A stretch of DNA of 64,000 bases from the human T2T-CHM13v2.0 reference genome, Homo sapiens, in NCBI RefSeq assembly GCF_009914755.1, contig NC_060929.1. One strand, 5' to 3'. The notes beneath the pieces were generated by a model. The model worked only from the letters and a program-made list of their open reading frames with translations. It did no database searches and was not told the origin of the DNA. This document shows, in pieces, positions 24,616 through 35,900 of this stretch. The first letter of the stretch is position 1; each line of letters opens with the position of its first letter. The translations under genes and the position numbers were made by a program.

Positions 24616-26269
24616 AATATGGCTAAGCATTTTTTTCTCTCTTACTGGCACATTCACACCCATCATTTTATACCAAATAGATCCTTGCAGAGTGCTAAGG
24701 GTTATCTATAAATAGCAAAGAAAGAGAATCCTTTCCATTTTAACCAACATGAGGAAGGCAAGACTGCGAGACTTTTTTTTTTAAGTCATGTAGTGCTAAA
24801 ACAAACAATAAGCCTTTTAAATTCACTCCAAAATACAGGATAATTTGTTTCCCCCACCGATAATAATTTCTTCTTTCCCTTTCTTGGCATTTTGGTGTGT
24901 CAGATCTCCCTAAGGTTTATGTTGTCTCAGTTTACACGGATTTGCTTTAGGAAAAAAACCTGACGTTCCTTGTATGAGTATCTCATCCAAGGGGTTGAAA
25001 AGCAGCGCATACAACAGAAGTTGCACAAAGCCGTCCTTGTCATCTTCCACACAGGAGGACAGAGAACAAAAACGTCCCAACCAGTGAGTGGCAGTGCCAC
25101 TGAGGACCTCCTGAACAACTCTACTCAAAGCATTTTGAACTTTATACCAAGAAACTGAGGAAAGTTAGGAGGGAAAATATATAGTCCTTTTCTAGAACCA
25201 GTAAGATGTGAGATAAACAATTATTTGAGCGATGAAATGTTTTCATCTTTTAGTTCATCTGAGATCAGGGCAGTGATACTTCATAGAACCCACAAATAAA
25301 AGCTTTTCGTCAGGTACAACCTGAAGATGGCAGAAGGAGTTTTGTTGCTTGTTTTTTTCCTCCACTAAAGTGGCCACTCTTTCACTAGAGAATGTACTAA
25401 CGTCATCAAATTAATGTGATTCTTAAACAGGACATAAATCTTCCCTTTGGATGGGAACACAAATCTGATTCATTAACTTTCCATTCTTTATCTAAACACT
25501 GCCATTATGTGAAAAGAAAAATTCCTGAAAATCAAGGATATTTTGCAGTTAAATCCCTCCTCCCAGCCAGTCTATTTTGTTACCCTATATAAACAAACTC
25601 TGCCATTACATTCCTTTATCCATAGCAACTTCCAGTGGGTAATCCACAAATCAATTAAAGGCAAGTTAATTGCCAAAAAGGGATCAAGTGACAAGCATTG
25701 GAAGCATATTTATGGGTGCTATTCTCAAAATCTGTGTGTCAGAAAAGTTTCGTCCAGCTAGCTTTCCTTTTAATGCAAGATTTAAAATTTGTATTATTTC
25801 TTTGAAAATAAAAAATTAATCTCACAGTTATTCTTAGCTTAAGGTGTTTATGTTTTGTAGGCAGACACAGACACATATTTCAAACAAAACAAGGTTCCTA
25901 CTATAGGACTATTACTACTGCTACCGATTTTTAACTTCCATTTTTCTTTGCTTTAGTATTTTCTACGTATAAAAAGTTTTGAGATAGTGTGAAACAATGT
26001 AATAGAAAGTATATTGTAAACTGCTCCTCTTCCCCCTACATCTTCTTTTCATCTTCCTCCTTGTTTTACTTTCCCTCACTGTATTTTTATAATAACAAAG
26101 AAGCAAAGGTAAATTCACTCAAGAGACTGGAGACTGAAAACAAGTCAGTAATGAGGTCAATATTTATATGGTTCCATTGACCTTGTGCAGTTCTGAGTTT
26201 CAGGCCTAGAACTACAAATGTACTCACAGATGTATGGAATGGATATGCTTGAACTTATATGCAAATAAA

Positions 26270-26435
26270 TTATCAATTTCTTTGTAAAGGTTTCCCTGGC
26301 TTCCCCAAGCAGAACCTCTCATCTCAGTCTCTATTTATTTTATTTATTGTTAACTTGTTTATTTTCTGTCTTTCTCTACCAGAATGTAAACTTGATGAAA
26401 GCAGAGACCGCATCCATTTTGTCCCTCACTACATT
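26270..26435 (+). mobile_element. L2 3' fragment
   Basis: ctaccagaatgtaaacttgatgaaagcagagacc. Confidence 0.6.
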
Positions 26436-26439
26436 CTGT

Positions 26440-26820
26440 TACATTTTTAGGAGTATTTATAAGTCAGTTGTTAATACCCAACAGTTATTAAAAATTAAAT
26501 TACATAAAAATTTTTAACTATAATTAAACAAATTATATTAAAAACAATGGAAATAAGTATTCAAAACTCATAACTTCTGAATGATTTGGCTACATTTTGT
26601 ATTATTATGTTTTTGGGGCAACTTATATCTACTGTATCTATATGATAGAAACACTGTATAGAGTACTATGTCTATGTATCTCTTGCCAACTCCACATTTA
26701 GTGACCTCTGCTGTTTGAAATGGGCAGGTGAGAGAATTTTTTGGCACAGAAATCAGCAAATACTACAAATAGTGCCCTTCCCCTCCCCCATAGAGAGCTG
26801 GTTGTGAACATTTACCACCT
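26440..26820 (+). mobile_element. MER63 (hAT-Blackjack), MER63B-like
   Basis: ttattaaaaattaaattacataaa...aaaactcataacttc...cagaaatcagcaaatactacaaat...gagctggttgtgaacatttacca. Confidence 0.75.
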
Positions 26821-27148
26821 GAAGGAATAATCTTTTACATTCTGTTCTGTTCATTTTTGAATGTTTAATTCATTGTCATAACAATTTTAGGGTTTTGTTT
26901 TTATAGAGTTTATTTCTTTAGCTCAACACAAAGCTTATCTTTTTAAAGCTTCACTTCAAAGCTTTTTTTTTTTTTTTGGAATGTGGCTTACATACTTGTC
27001 CCCTTTGAACTGTCCTTTGCATTTGATTGGCTTAACATAATTACAGTAATATATATTTACTCTATTCACAATCCATCTTTCCTCTTTATCATTTTAGTTT
27101 TTCTCTTCCAAATTTACACTATTACCAGCTAATGAATTATATAATTTG

Positions 27149-27440
27149 AGCCATGTGCCATGGCTCATGCCTGTAATCCCAGCACTTTAGGAGGCTGAGA
27201 TGGGAGGATAACTTGAGGCCAAGTATTTGAGACAAACCCGGGCAAAACAGACTCTAAAATATATATTTTTTAAGCCAGGAATGGTAGGGTGCACCTGTAG
27301 TCCTAGCTACCCAGGAGGCTGTGGCTGGAGGATCCCTTGAGCCTAGGAGTTTGAGGCTGCAATGAGTGATGATCATGCCACTGTACTCCAGCCTAGATGA
27401 CAGAGTGAGACCCTGCCTCTAAAATAAGTAAATAAAATAA
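27149..27440 (+). mobile_element. AluJ
   Basis: Diverged dimeric Alu with ggaggatcccttgagcctaggagtttgaggctgca. Confidence 0.92.
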
Positions 27441-28649
27441 TACATTCAGACAAGTTTTAAAGTAGCATATAGTATTCTTCCTTTGCCAATGGATTTTTCC
27501 TTTGCTCTGATTCAACTCTGTGTGCTTATATAACCCAGCCTTACGGAAAATCAGACACCTCTCTTCAGACCCTTGTTGAAATTAAAAAGGCTTGTCAATT
27601 ATAGTTTGAAAGTAGAAAAAATAATGGAAGTTAGGAGGAGGGAGAGCCAAGGTAGAAGGTGGGTATATGACTGTGGCAAAGAACATGATAGAAGCTGAGG
27701 CCTCCAGAACAAGGAGTACCAAGGTAAAGTGTATAGAATTGAATGCTTCCTCTTTTGTAAGAAGTATTCCTTATTTGCTCTGCCCAGATCAGACAGGCTT
27801 TGATCCAGCTGCTCAGTCAAGGTACTGTCTCTTAAAATCACTTGATGGGGGCTCATCCACTTCATGACTTAAGGACAAATGGCACTCGTTGAAAATCATA
27901 AAATCAACATTATGAAAATAAATAGTATAAATTTTATAAACTACTAATTAAGCATAAATATTCATACCTATTACCCATTCAAAAATGGTATAGTTTTAAC
28001 TATAGTGAAAACCATTAACACACTGATGATCAGAAATATCCACAGCATGATTATAAACCCTTGGCAGTTTGGAGTGTCTTTTCTTCTTTTGTCACCTTGA
28101 TTTTTTTGTACATCTCCTGGCATTCCACATTTGCCAGAGCTCTGTGCTGGTCCGTAGCCTGCAGGCCACCTTATAAAACCAATACCTTTATATTTATTGC
28201 AGAGTTTGTAATCTTTCTGCCTGTGGTTGTTCCATGTGCTGTCATGATAATACAGAAAACACTCAAACTGTATCTCCCCTCTCTATCTCTGTTTCTAGTC
28301 TACATTGATAATTGAGCAGATTCTTTTGAATGTTTGAGATGGGGCTTTCCTTCAATTTTGAAAAAAATGCATATAATGCATTCTACAAAAATGTTGTTTA
28401 CAAAGTGGTACTTCCTTACAAAAACCCTATTGTAGCTGTTGTAGCAAGTGATTTTTAGACTTGTAAGTAAAATGTCTGAACATAATTTTACTTGGATAAG
28501 TCTTTCTCTTATTCAGAAACCTGTCCTTCCATGGTCATTGCCCAATTATGGCTCTTATACACTCTCCTGTCTGCAAGAAGTGTGCTCTGAATCATTCATT
28601 CATTTTGCTGCCTTACTGAAAGCACTGAATTAGATGGCATATGTATTGA

Positions 28650-28830
28650 AGTGAGGGGTGGGACATTGGAACAAAGATTTTCACAGAAGCACACAGAGCC
28701 AGGGTTCTAGCTCTGACCAGGCCGCTATCAAGTTGCATGACCCTGGGGCCTTTCAAGGTCTTCAAGCTCTTCAATGTAAGACAAATGAGTTTGAACAAAT
28801 GAACCATCAGGTTCCTTCAGCTCTAACCCC
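28650..28830 (+). mobile_element. MIR3-like SINE
   Basis: gggttctagctctgacc...gcatgaccctggg...gttccttcagctctaa. Confidence 0.55.
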
Positions 28831-28899
28831 CTCTTCCCATGAATGTGGCAAAAGGAAGCAGAGTATCCTCACACTTGCCATGAATCGGAACACATTTGC

Positions 28900-29030
28900 T
28901 AATAGGTTCATTCATTCAATACACAAACGCCAAGCACCTAATATGTACCACACACTCTTCCAGGCACTGGCCATACAAAGGTGGAAAAAAGGACAAAAAT
29001 TGCTGCCATGTGGAGCTTACATTCTATTAT
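28900..29030 (-). mobile_element. L2 3' tail
   Basis: ttcattcattcaa...gcacctaatatgtacca...tggagcttacattcta. Confidence 0.75.
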
Positions 29031-29240
29031 TAATAATAGCTGACATTTATTTTAGTGTTGTCTATGTGCCAGGCACTTTACATGGCTAACACACTTAATC
29101 CTCATAATACTCCATTTTACAAATGAGGAAACTGAGGCACATGAAGTAACTTGCCCAAAGTCTCATAGCTATAAGTGATAATGTGAAAATGTGAACCTCA
29201 GCAGCAGTGTGGCTGTAGAGCTAGCCAGCTGTCAATCATT
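29030..29240 (-). mobile_element. MIR SINE
   Basis: ccattttacaaatgaggaaactgaggcac...taacttgcccaaagtc. Confidence 0.85.
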
Positions 29241-29459
29241 CCTGCACACTACATTTCCAAGGTGAGCCTGGGTTGTATGTGCAAGTTGCTTATAAGGTAA
29301 CCATTTATAAGCCAGCTCTATTGTACTATTCTGTGACCAAGAGTGGTACCAATGATGATAGTTTATCTGAAAATGTATTTCACAAAAGAAGCTTCACAAA
29401 ATTTGTGAAATGTTAGTGAAGACTTGGAAAATGCTATGAAAGAGTTGGCAGGTAGTCCT

Positions 29460-29655
29460 GCATTCACGTACATGCTTTCATCTAATCTGCACAACGACCT
29501 TATGAAGTAGATATTTTAATTTTCTATTTATGTACATGGAAATGGCTCAGAGAGGTTAGGAAACCTGCCCAATCAAGAAAGCAGCAGAGTTGGCACTGAA
29601 GCTGGGTCTGTTTGGCTCTAGAGCCAAAGTTCTCCTCCTATACCATGCTACCTCT
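29460..29655 (-). mobile_element. MIR SINE
   Basis: ggctcagagaggttaggaaacctgccc. Confidence 0.7.
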
Positions 29656-30309
29656 TCCTACAATGTGCAATGGTTGTTAGTAGTATTGTTATTCTTAGAT
29701 ATAAATGTTGTCTATAATTTCTTTTTGTCAATTTAGCCAACATTACTCACAATTTGAAATATCATTAAGAAACCTAGTTTAATAGTCAAGACTATGCCAG
29801 TAGAATAAATAGACATGACACAGGATGGAGTTGACCTCTCGAGCTCAGAGAATCTTCTGGCTCCTCTGAACAGCTGGCCAAGGAGTAATATTTGGCAGTA
29901 AAATACAACCACATGACCAATGTTTTTGGCCAGATGAAATGAGCCAGATGGAAGCCCATGAAGCAAAAGCCAGGAGGGGGCAGAAGCAGACAATATAAAA
30001 TAACGGATTCATTTTCCTTTTTCTTCTTTTTAATATAAAAATACCTCTATTTTGATGCTTTTGCTTAGCATTTCTTTAAACCAACATCAATTAGGTTAGA
30101 GGACAGTTTAGATATTATTTAACAAGTTTATATTTTAACTGATTACTAAGCCCTATTCTATAACAAATTACGTGGTGTTCTGTCTTCAGAGAAAAATTCA
30201 GAGTTAAGTAGAGGAAGATAGTACATCTGTTAGAACAATACCTCTCATTATGGAATTTTTTTCCTTGTGTGCTGATAATAGGATCTGGTGAGGAAGCTGG
30301 AGGTGGGAG

Positions 30310-30535
30310 AGGGACCAGGAGTCCTGGTTCTAACACAGACTTCCAGAATTCACACCTGTGCAGGTTTCTTAAACTTGCTCTGCCTGGTTTCCTCATTTGT
30401 AAGATAAAGGTAATGCTAGATCCACCTCCCGAGGCTGTTTTGGAGGATGACATGCATGAGCTAATGCATGTATGGGATTGGGAATGGTTCCTGGTGCATA
30501 GTAAGTGTCCAATACAAACTAGCTCTACTGTTCTT
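30310..30535 (+). mobile_element. MIR SINE
   Basis: tgcctggtttcctcatttgtaagataaaggtaat...cctggtgcatagtaagtg. Confidence 0.75.
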
Positions 30536-32002
30536 ACTTTGGACTTTCTAACCACATATATGTGTGGTCTCTAGTCCCTGAACCTTCAATTCTTCTTCTC
30601 TTATTTGATACTAATTACACTCATCTTTTTCACTTACCCTAAAGAATTAAGTGAGATGAGCTGTGGCACACTAAAAACAACAGCTGTCACATCTGTTACA
30701 TCTGAAAAGCTTTGAAAACTAAAAAGTGCTATGCAACAGGAGGTATTCTTGGGGTATGCAGAAAGTTACATCCCAGTGTATTGATTCACTGGTGGCATTC
30801 ACTTCCTTTCTAAGATGTGGGTTTGAGACAGCTTTTTCTAATGGGAATTGTGCAGTTTGGTTGGGCAATCACTGATGTGCTACCACTCAGGTTTTGGTAG
30901 TAGCAAAGAGTAGCTATGAGACCACACTCTCCTATGATCCCTGTTCATATCAGCTACTATACAATTTCCAGATCAAAGTTGTAGATTTGGTCTTTACTTC
31001 CTAATAATATAGGAGGTAATTTAGGGATATCTAGATCTTCTTGTTTGGGCAAATATTGCTTTATCTTTTCATAGCCCAGATACCATTTGTACTTTTGTTT
31101 GTTGATCTGACTGTCATTAATCCTTCCTTCTACTGTTCAGTCTATGTCATATCAAATAAATTTACTCATTAGACCTTCTACACGAGGTACAAGCATGCAC
31201 ATATGTATTTAATTAATCACCTGTTTGGCAGCTCTGCTAAAATGCTGGGAAGGAAAAGATGTTGAAACAATTGGCAAAAATGAGATTTGGAGATTTTCTG
31301 AGAATTTCTATCCCATGACCCCTATTACTATAAAGGGCAAGAAAACTAGAAGACACTTTCTGTTTCTGGCCTGTGGAATGCTATGGAATAATCTCTGCCC
31401 TACATTCAAATGTACCTTGAGTGACTTTCTCTTCTATTTACATAGTACCTACCCCAAACTTGTCACATAAAATGTTCCTTTTAACATCCTTGTGATTTGT
31501 TCTCTTTGGAAGACAGAATCATCTCAAGAAGAGTAATTTTCTATTTAAAGTTTCCTTGAACACTACTGTAGTTTTAAGCAATAATATATTTTAAATCACA
31601 AAATTCCCTAGTGTTCTCTTATTGGAGTTGTCAGGGTCCACAGGCTTGCTAAATCTTTGCTCCTTGATTCTTTCTTTACTTCCCAGATCGTTTTTCCCCA
31701 TTTTTTTTTTTTTAGGTACTATGTTTAAACAACCAATATAAACTTCTCCACATTGTTTTCTTGAGCACATCATTCTCCTCTTTCTTCTCTATAATACTTG
31801 GGAGGGGCGTTGCTCTAAAGTAATTAGGTGAATCTTTAAACATGTGTGCCAGAACCTAGGCAGATAAATCAGCACCTTGCCCTCAAAATTAGTACTCATC
31901 TTTGTAAGTGGTGCCCTAATGCTAACACTGATCCCATTACTGAAAACATGGTTGGCAATCTCTTCTGGGCTCACAGAGAAAAAGTACCTTCCTTATTATG
32001 TA

Positions 32003-32125
32003 ACCCTCTGCTTTCTCTCTTTTTCTCTTCCTCACTCCTCCTTCCACGGCCCTGCTCCCCTCCTCTCCCCTGCCTTTCCTTCCCTCTCCCTCTTCTTTTC
32101 TCTTTCAATCCTTCTTTCTGCCTCA
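32003..32125. repeat. Polypyrimidine (CT-rich) low-complexity tract
   Basis: About 120 nt that are almost all C/T on the + strand. Confidence 0.85.
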
Positions 32126-35096
32126 ATCAAACTTAATAAGCTATATATTAATCTTTTCTTATAAAAATGTATTTTACCCACATAAGATAAAAAATTGTCA
32201 CAGCTGAAAAACTTTCACATCTATTTTGAGCATTGTAAAACTGTTTCAGATTGTATTTCTCAAGAGTCAACACTCATTAAATGTATATGATTTGCTATTA
32301 CTTTAACAAATCAGACACTAATTGAATTTCATATCTTGTACACCTGGCTTTCCTTTAGCCTGAATATTACCAGGCAGCAAAAGCCATGCCAAGGAAAAAT
32401 ATTCCAGTTAAAGCTAAGTGTACCCCCAGTAGCATGCATTATTATCCATTCAATAGCCAAAGAAAAATGACACTACAATAGGCACATTTGAAGATTTTAC
32501 AAGATAAAAAATATTGCTCATAAAAAAAATTATAAGGGAGAAATTCAATGAAGAAATGTTGTCCAATGTCCAGTTCTTTCAGTTGCTTCAATAATGGAAT
32601 CAGATCCAAAGCCTCTTAAAGGTCAAGATAAGCTTAAGTTACTTTCACCGCGTAAGGATTTTGTATATTTTTTAAAAAATAAGAAATGCAAAAACAAGGC
32701 TGTGACATTATGAGATATTTTACATGTTTACATCAAATAGTTTAACACCTTTAATTCCAAGAATGCTATGCAATAAAACTATGCTCTTCAGAAGATAATT
32801 ATAGCATTTAACTGTGCGTGCATGTGCCTGTGTGTGGTGTGTATATGTGTCTGTATATATATAGAGTGACTCATGGTGCATTTGAGGTATTATGGTATGA
32901 TAAAAATTTTAAGTTATATGATATGTACCTTTTTTCATTATTGTCAGTACATTGTCGTGGCTGAATGCGTAATCTCCTTTGGATACATGAGGGACCTGCA
33001 GAAATGCAAGAGCCAGTGGCCAACTGCCTTCCTACCTCCCTAACCCTTCCACTCAATTCAACTTATGATAGATATGATCATATCAAGTTGGCTATGCCAA
33101 TAAAACATTATCGGGTGATGCCAAATAAGAAAGGGTAACAGAATACTTTATCAAATAGGCATTACTGGCATTTTTGCTGTATGTAAGGAAACTTCTAACC
33201 TCAAAGAGTTTGCAGTGCAACTGGAAAGATAAACTAGAACCTCCAAACAGTGAAAGCAGCACATATAAAAAAATTAATTATTCTGTGGGAAATTGTATAT
33301 TCAAATTAAGAGGAAGTAAAGGAAGGACTGAGCCTCTCAAGCTTCCGAAGGAAACTGACTCATGATGGATATTTGAGATGTCATTCTCACCTCTTAAACT
33401 TGTTACAAATGAAACTTGTTAAAATTACAGATGTGAGGTATTCAAATACATGAAAAAGTCATTCTTAGCTGCTAATGCTTATATTTTGGAAAGGGTCAGA
33501 ACTTGACCAAAGGAACCTTGAAAAAATATATTTATCATATAGCTTTAAATTGTTACAATACCATAACACCTCAAAATAAAAATATCTTTGCCAAATTGAG
33601 AAGGCAAGGTTTATAATATATTTGCAAACTACACAGAAGAGCTTAAACTCTGCATTTCGTGAGATTTCTCAAATTCATTAGTCAATCAAGCTATTGCTTT
33701 TACTTTATTCAGCAGCTGGAGATTTATGATATTAAGGAGCTTGTTATCAGATCTAGTGATGAAGAGAGCCTAGAAGCCACCATATGTTGGAAATATGCAC
33801 AGTAATGTTAGCAAATCATTGATGTTAAGTTCTAAATGTACAATTTAGCATACAATAAGCATGAGAATCACATTTAACAAAATGCAAAGCACATAGGAAG
33901 CATATAATTTAAAATTTTCAACTAAATTTTATAGCTGTAACAAACATAACAAATAAATCATTATTTTATTTTGAAATAAAAATAAATGGAGTTAATACCT
34001 ATACCTTTAGCTGGCAAATTATATTTACCTCTTGCCAAAGTTTGCTTATGCATTGTTATACAAAATTTTTAAATTTGATTTCTCTGATTTTATAGTTCCC
34101 TAAAAATTCCAAGGACATTATCTTCTTTAGTGTCTAAAGCAAATAATTAATCCTTATAAATTATTTTAATTCAAACTTTGAATGTTTTATATGCAGGCAA
34201 ATCAGAACACATTTTAATTCAGTGTTAATATATATTTCTACATAGGCTTGGCAGCTTCCAGATGTGCTGCATTTGGTCTAAATAAGAAAGACCTTATATC
34301 CAAAATTTTGCAAACAATGTCACTTCTATTTACTATTGATTAAATAGATACCTTTCAGTGCTATAGATTGTAATCAATCAAAAACAGAAAAGGTTTTCTT
34401 TCTAAACAATAATAAAGAATAATCAATCTTCTCTTTATTAACACCTAGAATACTCAAATGAAGAAGGAAATCCAATATTTTTTAAGTGTTTTCTTTCTTT
34501 CCAGTTATTTGGTTAAAATAAGCTGATTTTGTTGTAAAACAGTCATTGACAGTTTAGTGAAGTCATGAGGTCAAGATTTTTAATATGACTTCCAGAAACA
34601 AAAGATTATTAAAATATTTAGTTTGAATTCATGACATGTAATTCTGCTGGGCAAGATGAACACTGAATTACTACCTGAAACAGCATTAGTTTCCATTTTT
34701 TCATGTGCATGTGCCCTGAAACACTTATGAAGAATAATGTAGTGTTTTTTTTGTTGGTCAAACAAGAACCCTTCCCTAACATTTAGAGTTGACTGTATTA
34801 AGCCATTAGACAAGTTAATACACTGTTTTTCAGGTGGCAGTAATATGAATGCTTTGTTAAGTTTGCCATTTAACTCTCAGAATTAGCTTTTAAAGTTAGT
34901 CAACTTCCTTCAACTTCTGCACGTACCTACATACCCCTATTTCAAGGTTTACATCATCTTCTTGGCTCTTATTTAATATATTGTCAATTTAACAAGCATT
35001 AGGAGTTAGAAGGTCAACATAGGGCAAAGGCTTATTTGCAAGGGGCCTAAGGCAGTTAAACAATTCTTCCTAGCTACAAAAGGAAAAGAGTAATAC

Positions 35097-35185
35097 CTGT
35101 AGGACTTTGAGAAACGCAATCTTGATTTGGCTCTTGTAGATGGTCCTGGCACCGTGGCTCCCAGAGGATCCCAAACAAAAGCCAT
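35097..35185 (-). CDS. PDE4D: Coding part of the PDE4D8 isoform-specific first exon (cAMP-specific phosphodiesterase 4D, long form 8)
   Basis: ATG at 35185 in strong Kozak context (aaaATGG). 29 codons MAFVWDPLGATVPGPSTRAKSRLRFSKSY plus AG, then donor CAG|GTATTA at 35097/35096 (phase 2). The peptide matches my recollection of the unique PDE4D8 N-terminus, which splices to the common FDVDNG... UCR1 exon outside this window. Confidence 0.93.
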
Positions 35186-35430
35186 TTTTAAGGACGATGC
35201 CAAGATCCCCAGGAACCACGAGAAGTCAGAGCTGGTGCGGGGCTCTGGGGCCCTGAGGCCCCGCACGGAGCAGGAGGCACTTGTAGCTGAGTGAGGGCAT
35301 TTCCTTTGTGCAGTGGTATGCGCTGACAGAGAGATGGCAGGCTGGCTGAGGCAGGGCTGGAAGGGATGGCCAGGACTTCCTGCTGCATGACACTTGGCCT
35401 TTGCGACAGAGTTTGCTTCACTCAGGCCTT
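35186..35430 (-). other. PDE4D: Putative 5' leader of the PDE4D8 first exon (TSS not determinable from sequence)
   Basis: Locally GC/CpG-enriched patch directly upstream of the ATG in an otherwise AT-rich, CpG-depleted window; the upper boundary is a guess. Confidence 0.6.
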
Positions 35431-35900
35431 ATCTCATAATTAACGTGAGAAACACTCCCTCGAAAATTTGTTTTTAAATATAGCCCTGATTAAACAGCAT
35501 AGTCACATGCCACTCCTGAAAAGCACAACACACACACACGCATGCACACACAACAAAAGGTGTGATTGAAGTGGGTAAACCTTTATATCAGTGTGAACTT
35601 TAAAAAATGTAAACCCACAGGGCTTCGTTAAAAAATTTTAAAAAATACATGCCTATGACTGGGTCATCTGACAAAGATTACTAAATTTCACACAGCTAAC
35701 TGCCAACTATAATTTTCCTTATTTCAACTTCTCTTAAAAAGAGATGGATATAATTCTTAGCCAACCTTCCACAGGATGTAAACAGGATTTACTCGTCTTG
35801 AAAATACCAGCGCCTCTCTAAAAGTCAGTGTGAGAAAAAAAAACAGGCAGATCACTTTCAGAACTTTTGGCAGCTTTGCCCTCAAGGAGATGCTGCGTCA
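35376..35900 (-). promoter_or_regulatory. Putative PDE4D8 internal promoter
   Basis: MEF2-consensus/TATA-like TTAAATATAG 35474-35483, GATA site AGATAA (minus) 35429-35434, NKX2-like CACTTG 35391-35396, ETS-like CTTCCTG ~35376 and CRE/AP-1 variant TGCGTCA 35894-35900, all upstream of the first exon. Confidence 0.6.

Noticed and set aside
28023-28040. CTGATGA...GAAA hammerhead-like core (CTGATGA also near 38802, 46620 and 59617)
   Set aside because: No stem II or flanking helices can be formed.
29393-29409. Inverted repeat ttcacaaa-a-tttgtgaa
   Set aside because: Short and AT-rich; expected by chance in 64 kb.
28658-30574. Longest non-L1 ORFs (143 aa, 146 aa, 101 aa)
   Set aside because: They run across MIR/L2 relics (e.g. 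ILQMRK, a MIR signature), with no recognisable domain or exon structure.
35140-35294. Plus-strand exon-like frame after cttgtag (DGPGTVAPRGSQTK...ALVAE-stop)
   Set aside because: It is the antisense shadow of the GC-rich PDE4D8 exon; the minus-strand reading is the recognised one.
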